Positions 1 through 8,151 of a stretch of DNA of 32,000 nucleotides are shown piece after piece. Below the pieces are notes generated by a model, which was given only the letters and a program-made list of their open reading frames with translations, did not search any database and was not told the origin of the DNA. Position 1 is the stretch's first letter; each line of letters begins with the position of its first letter. The translations under genes and the position numbers were made by a program. Location of the stretch: assembly GCA_004284765.1 (NCBI GenBank), contig NQJD01000005.1:1-32000 (forward strand), written 5' to 3'. This stretch comes from Candidatus Electronema aureum (GTDB taxonomy: Bacteria > Desulfobacterota > Desulfobulbia > Desulfobulbales > Desulfobulbaceae).

Positions 1-187
1 AGTATGCGAAGATGTCCTTATCACATTCGAGTTTGAAATACTCGCCGCAGATTTCCATAGTGATGACTTCTTCATCTGTTAAGGCAGGGTTAAATCCGCC
101 CCGCCGCAGCCGACATTGCTGCCTGATGACACCGTATTGTTCACAGACAAGCAGAAAGACAGCAATAACAAAATCGTCTCGATCCAT
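1..187 (-). mobile_element. IS-element DDE transposase, N-terminal 62 codons only (gene runs off the left edge of the window)
   Basis: My own translation of the minus strand from ATG 187-185; this frame is not in the ORF track because it is open to the window edge. It reads MDRDDFVIAVFLLVCEQYGVIRQQCRLRRGGFNPALTDEEVITMEICGEYFKLECDKDIFAY with no stop down to nt 2. AAGGAG (rc of 195-200) lies 7 nt upstream. The RGGFxPxLTDxEVITMEIxGE(Y/F) pattern resembles N-termini of IS4/IS5-superfamily DDE transposases. The family cannot be assigned from 62 aa. Confidence 0.55.
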
Positions 188-232
188 TGGCGCACTCCTT
201 GTGAATAGGGCTTAGATACCAATATTCTACAG

Positions 233-262
233 GATGCGCCCAATGGATCGGGCATCTTTTTT
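233..262 (+). terminator. Intrinsic-terminator-like hairpin plus T6 on the plus strand, with no plus-strand gene upstream
   Basis: GATGC(G)CC at 233-240 pairs with GGGCATC at 250-256 (one bulged G) and is followed by TTTTTT at 257-262. It lies between the transposase start and the DUF4139 gene end, and may belong to the IS terminus. Confidence 0.3.
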
Positions 263-279
263 AAGAGTTGCACATTAGG

Positions 280-316
280 TGTAGCCTCGTATGTCTCAGA
301 GATGTACGAGGCTACA
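280..316. repeat. 12-bp perfect inverted repeat (hairpin, 13-nt loop) just downstream of the DUF4139 gene stop
   Basis: TGTAGCCTCGTA (280-291) and TACGAGGCTACA (305-316) are exact reverse complements. No U-run follows on either strand. It could be an IS end or a U-less terminator/RNA stabiliser. Confidence 0.4.
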
Positions 317-346
317 TCTCCAAGAACTCCGCTGCGCGAGGTCTGC

Positions 347-1780
347 TTAGTAGTATTTCACCCGGACCCGCCACGTCAGCGTTGTGCTGGCCTTCGGCTC
401 AACCTTGATCTCCCAGACCGCTGTGTTCGAGGTCTCCTTCTTGTGCGGCGCGGACTCTTCAAGCATCTCCCAGTCGCCAGGCACCGGCTCAGTCACCTTC
501 ACAGTCACGGCCTCGTCCTTGGCGTTCTTCAGCTCGATTTCGTAGGCACTTTCATAGGCAGTGCCTCTGCTCCACGCCGCCTTCTTGAAGTCGGTCTGCT
601 TCTTGTTCGCAGTCACATCAAAGGCTTCGCCGAGCTTCAGTCGGACGATCTCGTTTTCCGGCGTGTGATCAATGCGGTCTTCGCCGACAAACTGAAGGCT
701 GCCGGAGCTGTCCTTCTTATACACCCGCATCACGCCCGCAGGGAGCGGCTGACCTGCGCCGTTCTCCTTGGCGTTCTTCAGCTCCAAGAAGACTCCGACC
801 TTCATCTTGCGGCCCAGCTCTCCTGCCTGGCTGCCATAATAATAGTCTGCGCCGCGCAGGACAAACTCTTTCTTCACCTTCACTCCGTCCGCTTGCAGCA
901 AGGCGACCTGCTTGCTCTGCTTCTCCTTGATCGTGGTCGGGCGGCCCAAGGTGTAAAGATGATACTCGAACATGAATTCCTCGGCCATGCCGCCGTCCAT
1001 CACGGCCTCAGCAGCAGGCGCGGCAGCCATTCTCATCATCATTCTCGGCTGCATCGGTTCCGGCGCACGGTTCACTTCGCCCGCCACCAGCTGAAGCTTG
1101 GCATTCTGATAGCTTGCGCCGCTCTCGTTGTTCAGCGTCACCCAACCGCTCAGGTTGATGCTGGCATCGTCTGTTCCCAATTCGGCCACATAATCCGCCT
1201 TCCACGACAGCCCGCTGGTCAGATAGCTGAGAACAGCGTCCTGCTTGCCGCCGTCCTTGCTGTCAACCAGCATGGTCAGCGTGGGGCGGTCGCGGAGGTT
1301 CTCCGGCACATCCGGGAAGATTAAGCGGCCCGGCACGCCAGCCTCAATGCGGTCGCCAACCTTGAGCACTGTGCCGCTGCCCGCGCTGAGAACTGTCGCC
1401 TCTTCCGCCGCTTCTTCACCGCTGGTCGGGTGCGTTTTAATCAGCTTGACTGTCCGGCCCACGTATTTATCAAGCAGCGATGCAGGCGTGAGCAGGTCAT
1501 ACTCAAAGTTCTGCTCCAAGACTTGAATGCTGGGCGCGGCGAGCAGGGCGGTTTCAGGCCTGATCTTGGCGCTGACCTCGCGGAAGGCGAGCGTCTGCTG
1601 GCCCGGCGCAAGGCTGATGCTGCGGCTGTCCCGCACCAAGGCCAAGTCCTGATTGTAGATGGTCACAGCCACCGCTGTCTGATCGTCCAAGGCGGAGACG
1701 GTTTCAGCGGCTTTGTCAGCAGCAACTGCTGCGGCAGCCGGAAGGATCAGGAATGGAAGTAGGGACGCAATTCGCAGCAT
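347..1780 (-). CDS. Secreted DUF4139/DUF4140-type protein (mucoidy-inhibitor MuiA-like family)
   Basis: Long ORF. The internal Met at 1780 yields the signal peptide MLRIASLLPFLILPAAAAVAADK. The pattern VTIYNQDLALVRDSRSISLAPGQQTLAFREVSAKIRPETALL is typical of the DUF4140/DUF4139 N-terminus. The 21 upstream codons of the track ORF look like a spurious extension. Confidence 0.75.
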   Translation of the reverse strand: MLRIASLLPFLILPAAAAVAADKAAETVSALDDQTAVAVTIYNQDLALVRDSRSISLAPGQQTLAFREVSAKIRPETALLAAPSIQVLEQNFEYDLLTPASLLDKYVGRTVKLIKTHPTSGEEAAEEATVLSAGSGTVLKVGDRIEAGVPGRLIFPDVPENLRDRPTLTMLVDSKDGGKQDAVLSYLTSGLSWKADYVAELGTDDASINLSGWVTLNNESGASYQNAKLQLVAGEVNRAPEPMQPRMMMRMAAAPAAEAVMDGGMAEEFMFEYHLYTLGRPTTIKEKQSKQVALLQADGVKVKKEFVLRGADYYYGSQAGELGRKMKVGVFLELKNAKENGAGQPLPAGVMRVYKKDSSGSLQFVGEDRIDHTPENEIVRLKLGEAFDVTANKKQTDFKKAAWSRGTAYESAYEIELKNAKDEAVTVKVTEPVPGDWEMLEESAPHKKETSNTAVWEIKVEPKASTTLTWRVRVKYY

Positions 1781-2084
1781 GGTAGCACCTCGCAAGAAGG
1801 GTGAGAGAAGGACAAAGCGGGCCTGAGACGACCGCTCCGGCATAATACAAAATTCCCCAGGAAAGCAACAGAAAAAACCGTCCAGCCGAGAGAAAGATGT
1901 TTACAGAACAGCTCTCCTGCCTGATAATAGCAGACAGGTGTCCATGTAGTTAGGTTCCGGCAAAGTCCATCTTCCGTCGGAAAAATATGCAGAATATCCG
2001 TAGAATTTAATCCAGACTGTGCTGCCCGACACCTCCTCCCTTTGACCGCAGGGCGCAATTTCTATCTGAAAATATTAAACAAAC

Positions 2085-3800
2085 ATGTATCTTGAATATT
2101 TTGGCTTTACTAAAGCACCGTTTGCTGAGGAGCCGGATACGGACATTTTCTTCCCAGAAGCAGACCGGACTAACATTCTCCGCCGGGTATATGCTGATCT
2201 CCAGAACGGCAATGCGGTCATCAGGCTGACTGGCACAGAAGGCACGGGTAAAACCATTCTTTGCCAGCTGTTAGCCCGATTACTGCCTGCTGAGTTGCAC
2301 GCGGTGGTGTATCTCGATAGCCCAGCAGGTTCCTTTGATGAGCTGCTTCTGGCTGTTTGCCAGCAGTTAGGTTTTCAGCCACAGCCAGATATGCCTGCTT
2401 GGCTGCACGGTCAGATAGAGCAATGCCGGGCGCAGAGAAAAAAATTCCTGTTGATCATTGATCAGGCAGAGAAAATGTTTCCTGCGGCGTTAGAGCGTCT
2501 GCTGCGGACAGCTTTCGTTGCTGATGAACAGCAGGGGTTGCAAGTTATTCTTTCCGGCCGCCCGACCTTGAACGACCGCATCAACCAACTGCGTGCCTAC
2601 TGCGCGGATATGGACATCCAGCCCGGCCATCAGTTAGAGCCGCTTACTGAAGCGGAACTTGCCGCGTATCTCAGCTTTCGGCTCAAGGCTGCCGGGCTGT
2701 CTGCTGCGGACAGCGGGCGGGCTTTCAGCGGGGAAGCGGTACATAGAATCTTTGAGCAAGCCAACGGCAGTCTGCGAACAGCCCATCTGCTGGCGGAAAA
2801 AGCCCTTCAGCAGGTTTGTTCGGCTGATCGATATATTCCCGTGCAGGCTGCTGATGTGGCCGAGCTGAAGAATGAATCCAGCAAAAAACAAAAAAAGGCT
2901 CCTTTGAGCAACACGCTGAAGCTCATAGCCGTCGCTCTACTGTTGCTCTTCTCGGCCCTACTCTTCCGCTACAACAATGAGCTGCGGCACAGAGGGCAGG
3001 AAGCTGCAAAAAATATTGTTTCTGCTGTACCGGTAGAGCCTGATGCCCTTTTGCCAGTACCGGAAAAAATAAAACTGAACTCGGAAGCAGAATTGCCGCC
3101 AGAGCTTGAGCCAGAAGTAATGACTGAAGAGCAAGCAACAGAGTCGGAGGATATTGTCCAACCTGATCTATCAGCAGAACAAATAACATCGTCTGAAACG
3201 TCGGAAGTTTCAGCTGTTGCTGCGGTAGAGCAGGAAATTCCTCCGCCTGTTTCTGTTGTAGAAGAGGAATCTTTAGACGCTCCGCCGACACTTGCGGTGC
3301 AAGAGCCGCCTGTCGTTCCGCCGCAAAGTAAAATTGTGCAGCTGAGTCCTGGCATGAGGAAAACTAAGCCCAAGCCCAAGGAAGTGCCGCTTCCGGTTGC
3401 ACCAGCTCTGCCTGAGGTTGAACCAGAGAGTCAGCGCACACCCGCAACCGAGCGGGCCGCTGTTCCTGATGCCGATCCCCTATATCAGGAGCTGCTGGCT
3501 GCGGGTAGCTTATTGAAAAACAGCCGCAGTGCGGGTCGATACACCATCCAGCTGACAGCCCTTTCTTCGCCAAACGCGGCAAAAGAGATGATCGTCCGGG
3601 ATGAGTATCTCGAACATCGGAGCCAGCTCAAGCTGCTGCGCCGACAGAATTCGCCCTCGTCTCTCTTTGTTTTTTACGGCAGCTACGGTAGCATGGAAGA
3701 AGCACAGGCGGCAGTTGACAACATGCCGCTTTTCCTGCGCAAACAGCATCATCCCTCTGCCCTACCGGTTGCTGACGCTCTCCAAAAGACAGGTAATTGA
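2085..3800 (+). CDS. ExeA/MshM-like AAA+ ATPase with one TM helix, an acidic/Pro-rich linker and a C-terminal SPOR-like domain
   Basis: The N-terminus MYLEYFGFTKAPF and Walker A GTEGTGKT with Walker B LLIIDQAE match ExeA-type ATPases. TM segment LKLIAVALLLLFSALLF. E/P/S/V-rich low-complexity linker. The C-terminus RYTIQLTALSSPNAAKEMI...LFVFYGSYGSMEEAQAAVDNMP resembles a SPOR fold signature. Confidence 0.75.
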   Translation: MYLEYFGFTKAPFAEEPDTDIFFPEADRTNILRRVYADLQNGNAVIRLTGTEGTGKTILCQLLARLLPAELHAVVYLDSPAGSFDELLLAVCQQLGFQPQPDMPAWLHGQIEQCRAQRKKFLLIIDQAEKMFPAALERLLRTAFVADEQQGLQVILSGRPTLNDRINQLRAYCADMDIQPGHQLEPLTEAELAAYLSFRLKAAGLSAADSGRAFSGEAVHRIFEQANGSLRTAHLLAEKALQQVCSADRYIPVQAADVAELKNESSKKQKKAPLSNTLKLIAVALLLLFSALLFRYNNELRHRGQEAAKNIVSAVPVEPDALLPVPEKIKLNSEAELPPELEPEVMTEEQATESEDIVQPDLSAEQITSSETSEVSAVAAVEQEIPPPVSVVEEESLDAPPTLAVQEPPVVPPQSKIVQLSPGMRKTKPKPKEVPLPVAPALPEVEPESQRTPATERAAVPDADPLYQELLAAGSLLKNSRSAGRYTIQLTALSSPNAAKEMIVRDEYLEHRSQLKLLRRQNSPSSLFVFYGSYGSMEEAQAAVDNMPLFLRKQHHPSALPVADALQKTGN

Positions 3801-3808
3801 ATCCTGTC

Positions 3809-4516
3809 ATGCTTGAACTGCGTAACATTAACACCTTTTACGGCAAGATTCACATTCTGCACGATCTCAGCTTGCGGGTTGAGCAAGGCGAGATCATCAG
3901 TTTAATCGGGGCCAATGGCGCGGGTAAATCGACAACCCTGATGTCCATCTGCGGCATCGTGCCGCCCCGCAGCGGCCAAATTTTCTTCAAAGGACAGCCG
4001 ATTGAGCAGCTGGCTCCGAACAAAATTGTCGCTCTCGGCATCAGTCAGGTGCCAGAAGGACGACATATTTTTCCTGCCCTCAGTGTGGCAGAAAATTTAG
4101 AGCTGGGTGCCTTTCTTCGCCACGACAAGGGGCAAATTCAGCAAGATTTGGAGCATTGCTACACGCTCTTTCCTATTCTTGCGGAACGTCGCCGTCAGCC
4201 CGGCGGCAATTTGTCTGGCGGCGAGCAGCAAATGCTGGCCATCTCCCGCGCCTTGATGGCCCGCCCCCAGCTTTTGCTTTTAGATGAACCGTCAATGGGT
4301 CTGGCTCCGCTGATCACCAAGCAGATTTTTGAGATCATCCGCAAAATCAATCAAGAAGAAAACACTACCATCTTTTTGGTGGAACAGAACGCCAACGTAG
4401 CCCTGAAAATTGCAACCCGGGGTTATGTTTTGGAAAACGGCAGAATTATTCTCCATGACAAAGCGGAGAATCTGCTCAACAACAAAGATATCCAAAAAGC
4501 CTATCTCGGCATTTGA
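3809..4516 (+). CDS. livF: Branched-chain amino-acid type ABC transporter ATP-binding protein (LivF-like), orphan
   Basis: MLELRNINTFYGKIHILHDLSLRVEQGEIISLIGANGAGKST (Walker A), LSGGEQQMLAISRAL (signature), LLLLDEPSMGLAP (Walker B). The C-terminal LVEQNANVALKIATRGYVLENGRI...AYLG is typical of LivF. The ATG at 3809 is preferred over the TTG at 3797. Confidence 0.8.
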   Translation: MLELRNINTFYGKIHILHDLSLRVEQGEIISLIGANGAGKSTTLMSICGIVPPRSGQIFFKGQPIEQLAPNKIVALGISQVPEGRHIFPALSVAENLELGAFLRHDKGQIQQDLEHCYTLFPILAERRRQPGGNLSGGEQQMLAISRALMARPQLLLLDEPSMGLAPLITKQIFEIIRKINQEENTTIFLVEQNANVALKIATRGYVLENGRIILHDKAENLLNNKDIQKAYLGI

Positions 4517-4543
4517 GAGGCATTTTTTCTGCCTGAACAGAGT

Positions 4544-5542
4544 ATGAATCCACATAAAATACGGATCGGAGTGATCGGGGTAGGCTATCTGGGCCGCTTC
4601 CATGCACAAAAATACGCGGCAATGGATGACGTTGAACTGGCTGGTGTTGCGGATGTTGATCAAAAGCGAGCAGAAGCTGTTGCCAAGGAATGCGGCACTG
4701 TCGCGTTTACCAACTATCGGGAACTGCTGAAGCAAGTGGATGCAGTTTCCATAGTCGTGCCAACGGTTTATCACCACAAAGTAGCTCTTTCCTGCTTAGA
4801 GCTGGGCATTGATATTCTGCTGGAAAAGCCGATGACCGTGACGCTGGAAGAGGCAGACGCGCTGAATTGTTTAGCTGAAGAGAAGCAGCTCATTTTGCAG
4901 GTTGGTCATCTCGAAAGATTTAATCCAGCGGTGCTGGCTGTGCAGCCGCTCTTGCATAACCCGCTTTTCATTGAGGCGCACCGGCTTTCGGTTTTCAAAA
5001 ATCGAGGTACGGACGTGGACGTAATTCTTGATTTGATGATCCACGACATCGATATCATTCTGTCGATGGTCAATTCGCCGATCCAGAGCATCCACACGGT
5101 CGGCGCGCCGGTTATCACGCAGCTCACCGACATTGCCAATGCCCGCATTGTTTTTGAAAACGGCTGCACCGCTAATATCACGGTGAGTAGAATTTCGTTA
5201 GAAAATGTACGCAAGATGCGGATTTTCCAGCCCGGCAAGTATTTAGCGGTGGATTTCGGCAAAAAGGAAGTGATGGCAGTGCGGCTCAAGCAGGGCGGTA
5301 CTGGCTTTCCGCTACCGGACATTTCTCGGCACGGCTTTCAGGAGCAGGACGTGCTGGAGCTGGAGCTGCGCGAGTTTATCGAAAATGTTCGCCTGCGAAG
5401 AAAAGCTACAGTTTCAGGAAGGGAAGGCCGCCGTGCTTTGGAAATCGCTTTGTCGGTCATTAGCCAGATTGAGGAAAATCAAGGAAGATTTGCTCATCTG
5501 CTGAGTGCAGAGGGAAATTTCGGCTTTGTCAATGAGCCTTGA
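4544..5542 (+). CDS. Gfo/Idh/MocA-family NAD(P)-dependent oxidoreductase
   Basis: N-terminal Rossmann motif IRIGVIGVGYLGRFHAQKY, then LLEKPMT and the family's C-terminal alpha/beta domain. The stop overlaps the ORF leading into lpxB. Confidence 0.8.
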   Translation: MNPHKIRIGVIGVGYLGRFHAQKYAAMDDVELAGVADVDQKRAEAVAKECGTVAFTNYRELLKQVDAVSIVVPTVYHHKVALSCLELGIDILLEKPMTVTLEEADALNCLAEEKQLILQVGHLERFNPAVLAVQPLLHNPLFIEAHRLSVFKNRGTDVDVILDLMIHDIDIILSMVNSPIQSIHTVGAPVITQLTDIANARIVFENGCTANITVSRISLENVRKMRIFQPGKYLAVDFGKKEVMAVRLKQGGTGFPLPDISRHGFQEQDVLELELREFIENVRLRRKATVSGREGRRALEIALSVISQIEENQGRFAHLLSAEGNFGFVNEP

Positions 5543-5568
5543 CCTATAATTTTGCAAATCCCCATCGA

Positions 5569-6726
5569 ATGAATATCATGATTGTCGCTGGAGAAGCATC
5601 AGGCGACATGCACGGCGCGCGTTTAGTCGAGGCCATGTGGAAGATGCAGCCCGACCTGCGCTTCTCCGGCATTGGTGGAAAAGAGCTGGCCGCTGCTGGC
5701 GTGGAGCTGCTTTTTGATGCTTCAAAAATTGCTGTGGTCGGTATTACCGAGGTCATCAGTCATCTTGGCGACATTTTGGCGGCGCGCAGAGCAATCATCA
5801 GCCGGATGCGGACCGACAAACCTGCTCTGCTGATTCTGATCGATTACCCGGATTTTAATCTTCTTTTAGCGGCAAAGGCAAAAAAGCTCGGCATTCCGGT
5901 CTTCTATTATATCAGTCCGCAGGTATGGGCGTGGCGGAGCGGTCGGGTGAAGAAGATCGGCAAGCTGACCGACCGAGTGGCAGTAATCCTGCCTTTTGAG
6001 AAGGATTTTTACGCTGAACGCGGTGTAATAGTCGATTTTGTCGGCCATCCACTATCGGATACGGTACGTCGTGATGTTCTGCGCAGCAAAGAGGACTTTT
6101 TTCAGGCGCATCATCTCGTGCTTACACCAGAAACCCGCATTATCGGCATTTTGCCTGGTAGTCGCGCTAAAGAAATCAGCACCTTACTGCCGGACTTCCT
6201 CGCCGCAGCACAGATATTGACCTGCGAAGATAAACAAAAAAACTGGCTTTTTTTTCTGCCTCGGGCTTCAACCGTTTCGCAAGAGCTGTTGTTAGAAAGT
6301 GGGCTGGCTGCTTATCAAGACAAAATCAGCATTCATGTTTTTGCCGACAGCCGCTACGAGCTAATGGCTGCCTGCGACGCGGTTGTCGCCGCTTCCGGTA
6401 CCGTGACCTTAGAACTGGCTCTTCTCGGCATTCCTACCGTGGCCGCTTACCGAGTTTCACCGCGCACCTACCGGCTGGGTCGCCTCCTTGTACGCCATCT
6501 TCGCTCGTTTTCATTAGTCAATTTAATTGGAGAGCGAGAGATTATCCCGGAATTGCTTCAGGATCAAGTAACCCCAGAGGCGATTGCTGTCCAGCTGCGC
6601 CTGATGCTCGATGATGCAAACTACCGGAACGCTATTCTGCGAGGACTGGCTGAAGTTGCCGAAAAACTTGGGCCGCCGGACTGTTCTGAGCGGGCTGCTA
6701 ACATTGCGTTATCCTGCATAAGGTGA
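5569..6726 (+). CDS. lpxB: Lipid-A-disaccharide synthase
   Basis: MNIMIVAGEASGDMHGARLVEAM, YYISPQVWAWRSGRVKKI, GILPGSR..E and ASGTVTLELALLGIPTV are hallmark LpxB motifs. The start is taken at ATG 5569 rather than the TTG at 5539. Confidence 0.9.
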   Translation: MNIMIVAGEASGDMHGARLVEAMWKMQPDLRFSGIGGKELAAAGVELLFDASKIAVVGITEVISHLGDILAARRAIISRMRTDKPALLILIDYPDFNLLLAAKAKKLGIPVFYYISPQVWAWRSGRVKKIGKLTDRVAVILPFEKDFYAERGVIVDFVGHPLSDTVRRDVLRSKEDFFQAHHLVLTPETRIIGILPGSRAKEISTLLPDFLAAAQILTCEDKQKNWLFFLPRASTVSQELLLESGLAAYQDKISIHVFADSRYELMAACDAVVAASGTVTLELALLGIPTVAAYRVSPRTYRLGRLLVRHLRSFSLVNLIGEREIIPELLQDQVTPEAIAVQLRLMLDDANYRNAILRGLAEVAEKLGPPDCSERAANIALSCIR

Positions 6727-8133
6727 TTAACCTCTTGGTGCTTCAGGTATATGCCCAGCCAAATATGGTGCAATGTCCTCCGGCTTCAGGCGGCATTCCT
6801 CCAAGGCTAATGATTTGATTCCTTCCAGCGGACCAGGCAGCAGGCAGGATTCCGGCTCTTGAAGGATAATTCTACCGCCTTTGCGCACCACTGCTTCCAT
6901 GCCGATTTTCAAATCAACATCCACACCACTGAGCAGCACCACCGAAAGTTTGGCCCCAAAAACTTCTGCTGCCGAATGGAGTAAGTTATCAGCATCCAAG
7001 GACATCTTGTTAAATTCATCTTCCCTGCCAGAGATGAGAGGCATTCCTTGGCGAAGAACGACCTGCCGTTTGCCGTGACAATTACCCATCCGACATTGGC
7101 CACCGAGTAGGTCTTCGCCGATGTCAAGACAGCTCACGGCATAGGGCGTAAAGGCATTAAAATACGAAGCAAGATGTTGAGCAATACCAGGATACATATT
7201 TTGCAGCACCATCACGGCGGTCGTTTCGTCGTATTCAAGCGCAGGAATAATTTTCTGAAGTTCCAGTAAACCGCCTAATCCACCGAGGATTAACAACAAG
7301 CGGTCTGCTGGTTTTGCCGCCAGAGTGATTTTCTTCTCCGCAGGTTTAGGTGACTTAGCCCGGCTGACGTTATCCACGCAAAATTCGTGTACATTCATCA
7401 GGATATACTGAAGCCGCTCACTGATCAACTTCCACGATTCCGGGTTGACCGGTTTGGCCACGACATCGACCGCGCCATAGCGCATGAAGTCCATCATCTT
7501 GAAAGCCAGCTGCTCATTGAAATTGCTGACTAAAACTACCGGTGCTGGCGAGCGAATCATGATGTGTTTGAGAGCCACGTCACCACTCATCACCGGCATA
7601 GTCATATCCAAGGTGACGAGGTCAGGCACCTGCATTTCCAAGAATTTCAGAGCTTCTTTGCCGTTGGTGGCTGTACCAACCACCTTAGCCTTGATCTGAT
7701 CTTCAAAGAGCTTAACAAAGGCCTTGGTGAAGAAGCGCGAATCATCAACCACCAGCACCTTGGGCAATCCGTCACCTTCTTCTGCCGTAGTCGAAGCAGC
7801 TGGTCGATTTTGCTCATCAATGCGGCGGGCTGCTTCTAAGAGGAGAAAATTCCACGAGGCATCAATACTGCGCTGATTAGTCTTGGCGAAAAGCATACTG
7901 AAGGTGCCGGACGGCCACGTCATGATCCGGTAGAAGGCTTCCTCTCCGGTCAGCTCGCCGAATTCGGCATGAATGATCTCATTGTCGGAAAAATACAGCA
8001 CGCCGAGATTATCCTCGCTGAGGACGCTCAGTTTACGGTCATCACCAGACAAGCAAGCAAACTGGACGATATCGACCAAACCAAGACCTTCAATTTCGCC
8101 GACAAAGCCGTTTCCGATAGAATTTTTTTTCAT
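6727..8133 (-). CDS. PATAN(DUF4388) - receiver - CheB-like (catalytically degenerate) protein
   Basis: N-terminus GLGLVDIVQFACLSGDDRKLSVLSEDNLGVLYFSDNEIIHAEFGELTGEEAFYRIMTWPSGTFSM (DUF4388/PATAN pattern). REC: KVLVVDDSRFF...PDLVTLDMTMPVMSG...AKP. The C-terminal CheB_methylest-like region has ILGGLGGL in place of IGASTGG and LQNMYPG in place of TQHMPPG. Confidence 0.8.
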   Translation of the reverse strand: MKKNSIGNGFVGEIEGLGLVDIVQFACLSGDDRKLSVLSEDNLGVLYFSDNEIIHAEFGELTGEEAFYRIMTWPSGTFSMLFAKTNQRSIDASWNFLLLEAARRIDEQNRPAASTTAEEGDGLPKVLVVDDSRFFTKAFVKLFEDQIKAKVVGTATNGKEALKFLEMQVPDLVTLDMTMPVMSGDVALKHIMIRSPAPVVLVSNFNEQLAFKMMDFMRYGAVDVVAKPVNPESWKLISERLQYILMNVHEFCVDNVSRAKSPKPAEKKITLAAKPADRLLLILGGLGGLLELQKIIPALEYDETTAVMVLQNMYPGIAQHLASYFNAFTPYAVSCLDIGEDLLGGQCRMGNCHGKRQVVLRQGMPLISGREDEFNKMSLDADNLLHSAAEVFGAKLSVVLLSGVDVDLKIGMEAVVRKGGRIILQEPESCLLPGPLEGIKSLALEECRLKPEDIAPYLAGHIPEAPRG

Positions 8134-8151
8134 GGCTGGGCTATGTTGCGC

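Noticed and set aside
302-1324. 340-aa plus-strand ORF
   Set aside because: It is entirely antisense to the well-supported DUF4139 gene. The composition is low-complexity and Arg/Leu/His-rich, typical of a shadow ORF, with no recognisable motifs.
1781-1843. 21-codon N-terminal extension of the DUF4139 ORF
   Set aside because: The internal Met at 1780 gives a textbook signal peptide. The extension (MPERSSQARFVLLSPFLRGAT) would bury it.
2923-3379. Several 67-136 aa minus-strand ORFs
   Set aside because: They are antisense to the low-complexity linker of the ExeA-like gene, and are shadow ORFs created by the repetitive E/P/S codons.
3797-4516. Possible LptB (LPS export ATPase), given the lpxB neighbourhood
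   Set aside because: The C-terminal LVEQNANVAL...RGYVLENGRI...AYLG signature and overall pattern fit LivF rather than LptB. No lptA/lptC is adjacent.
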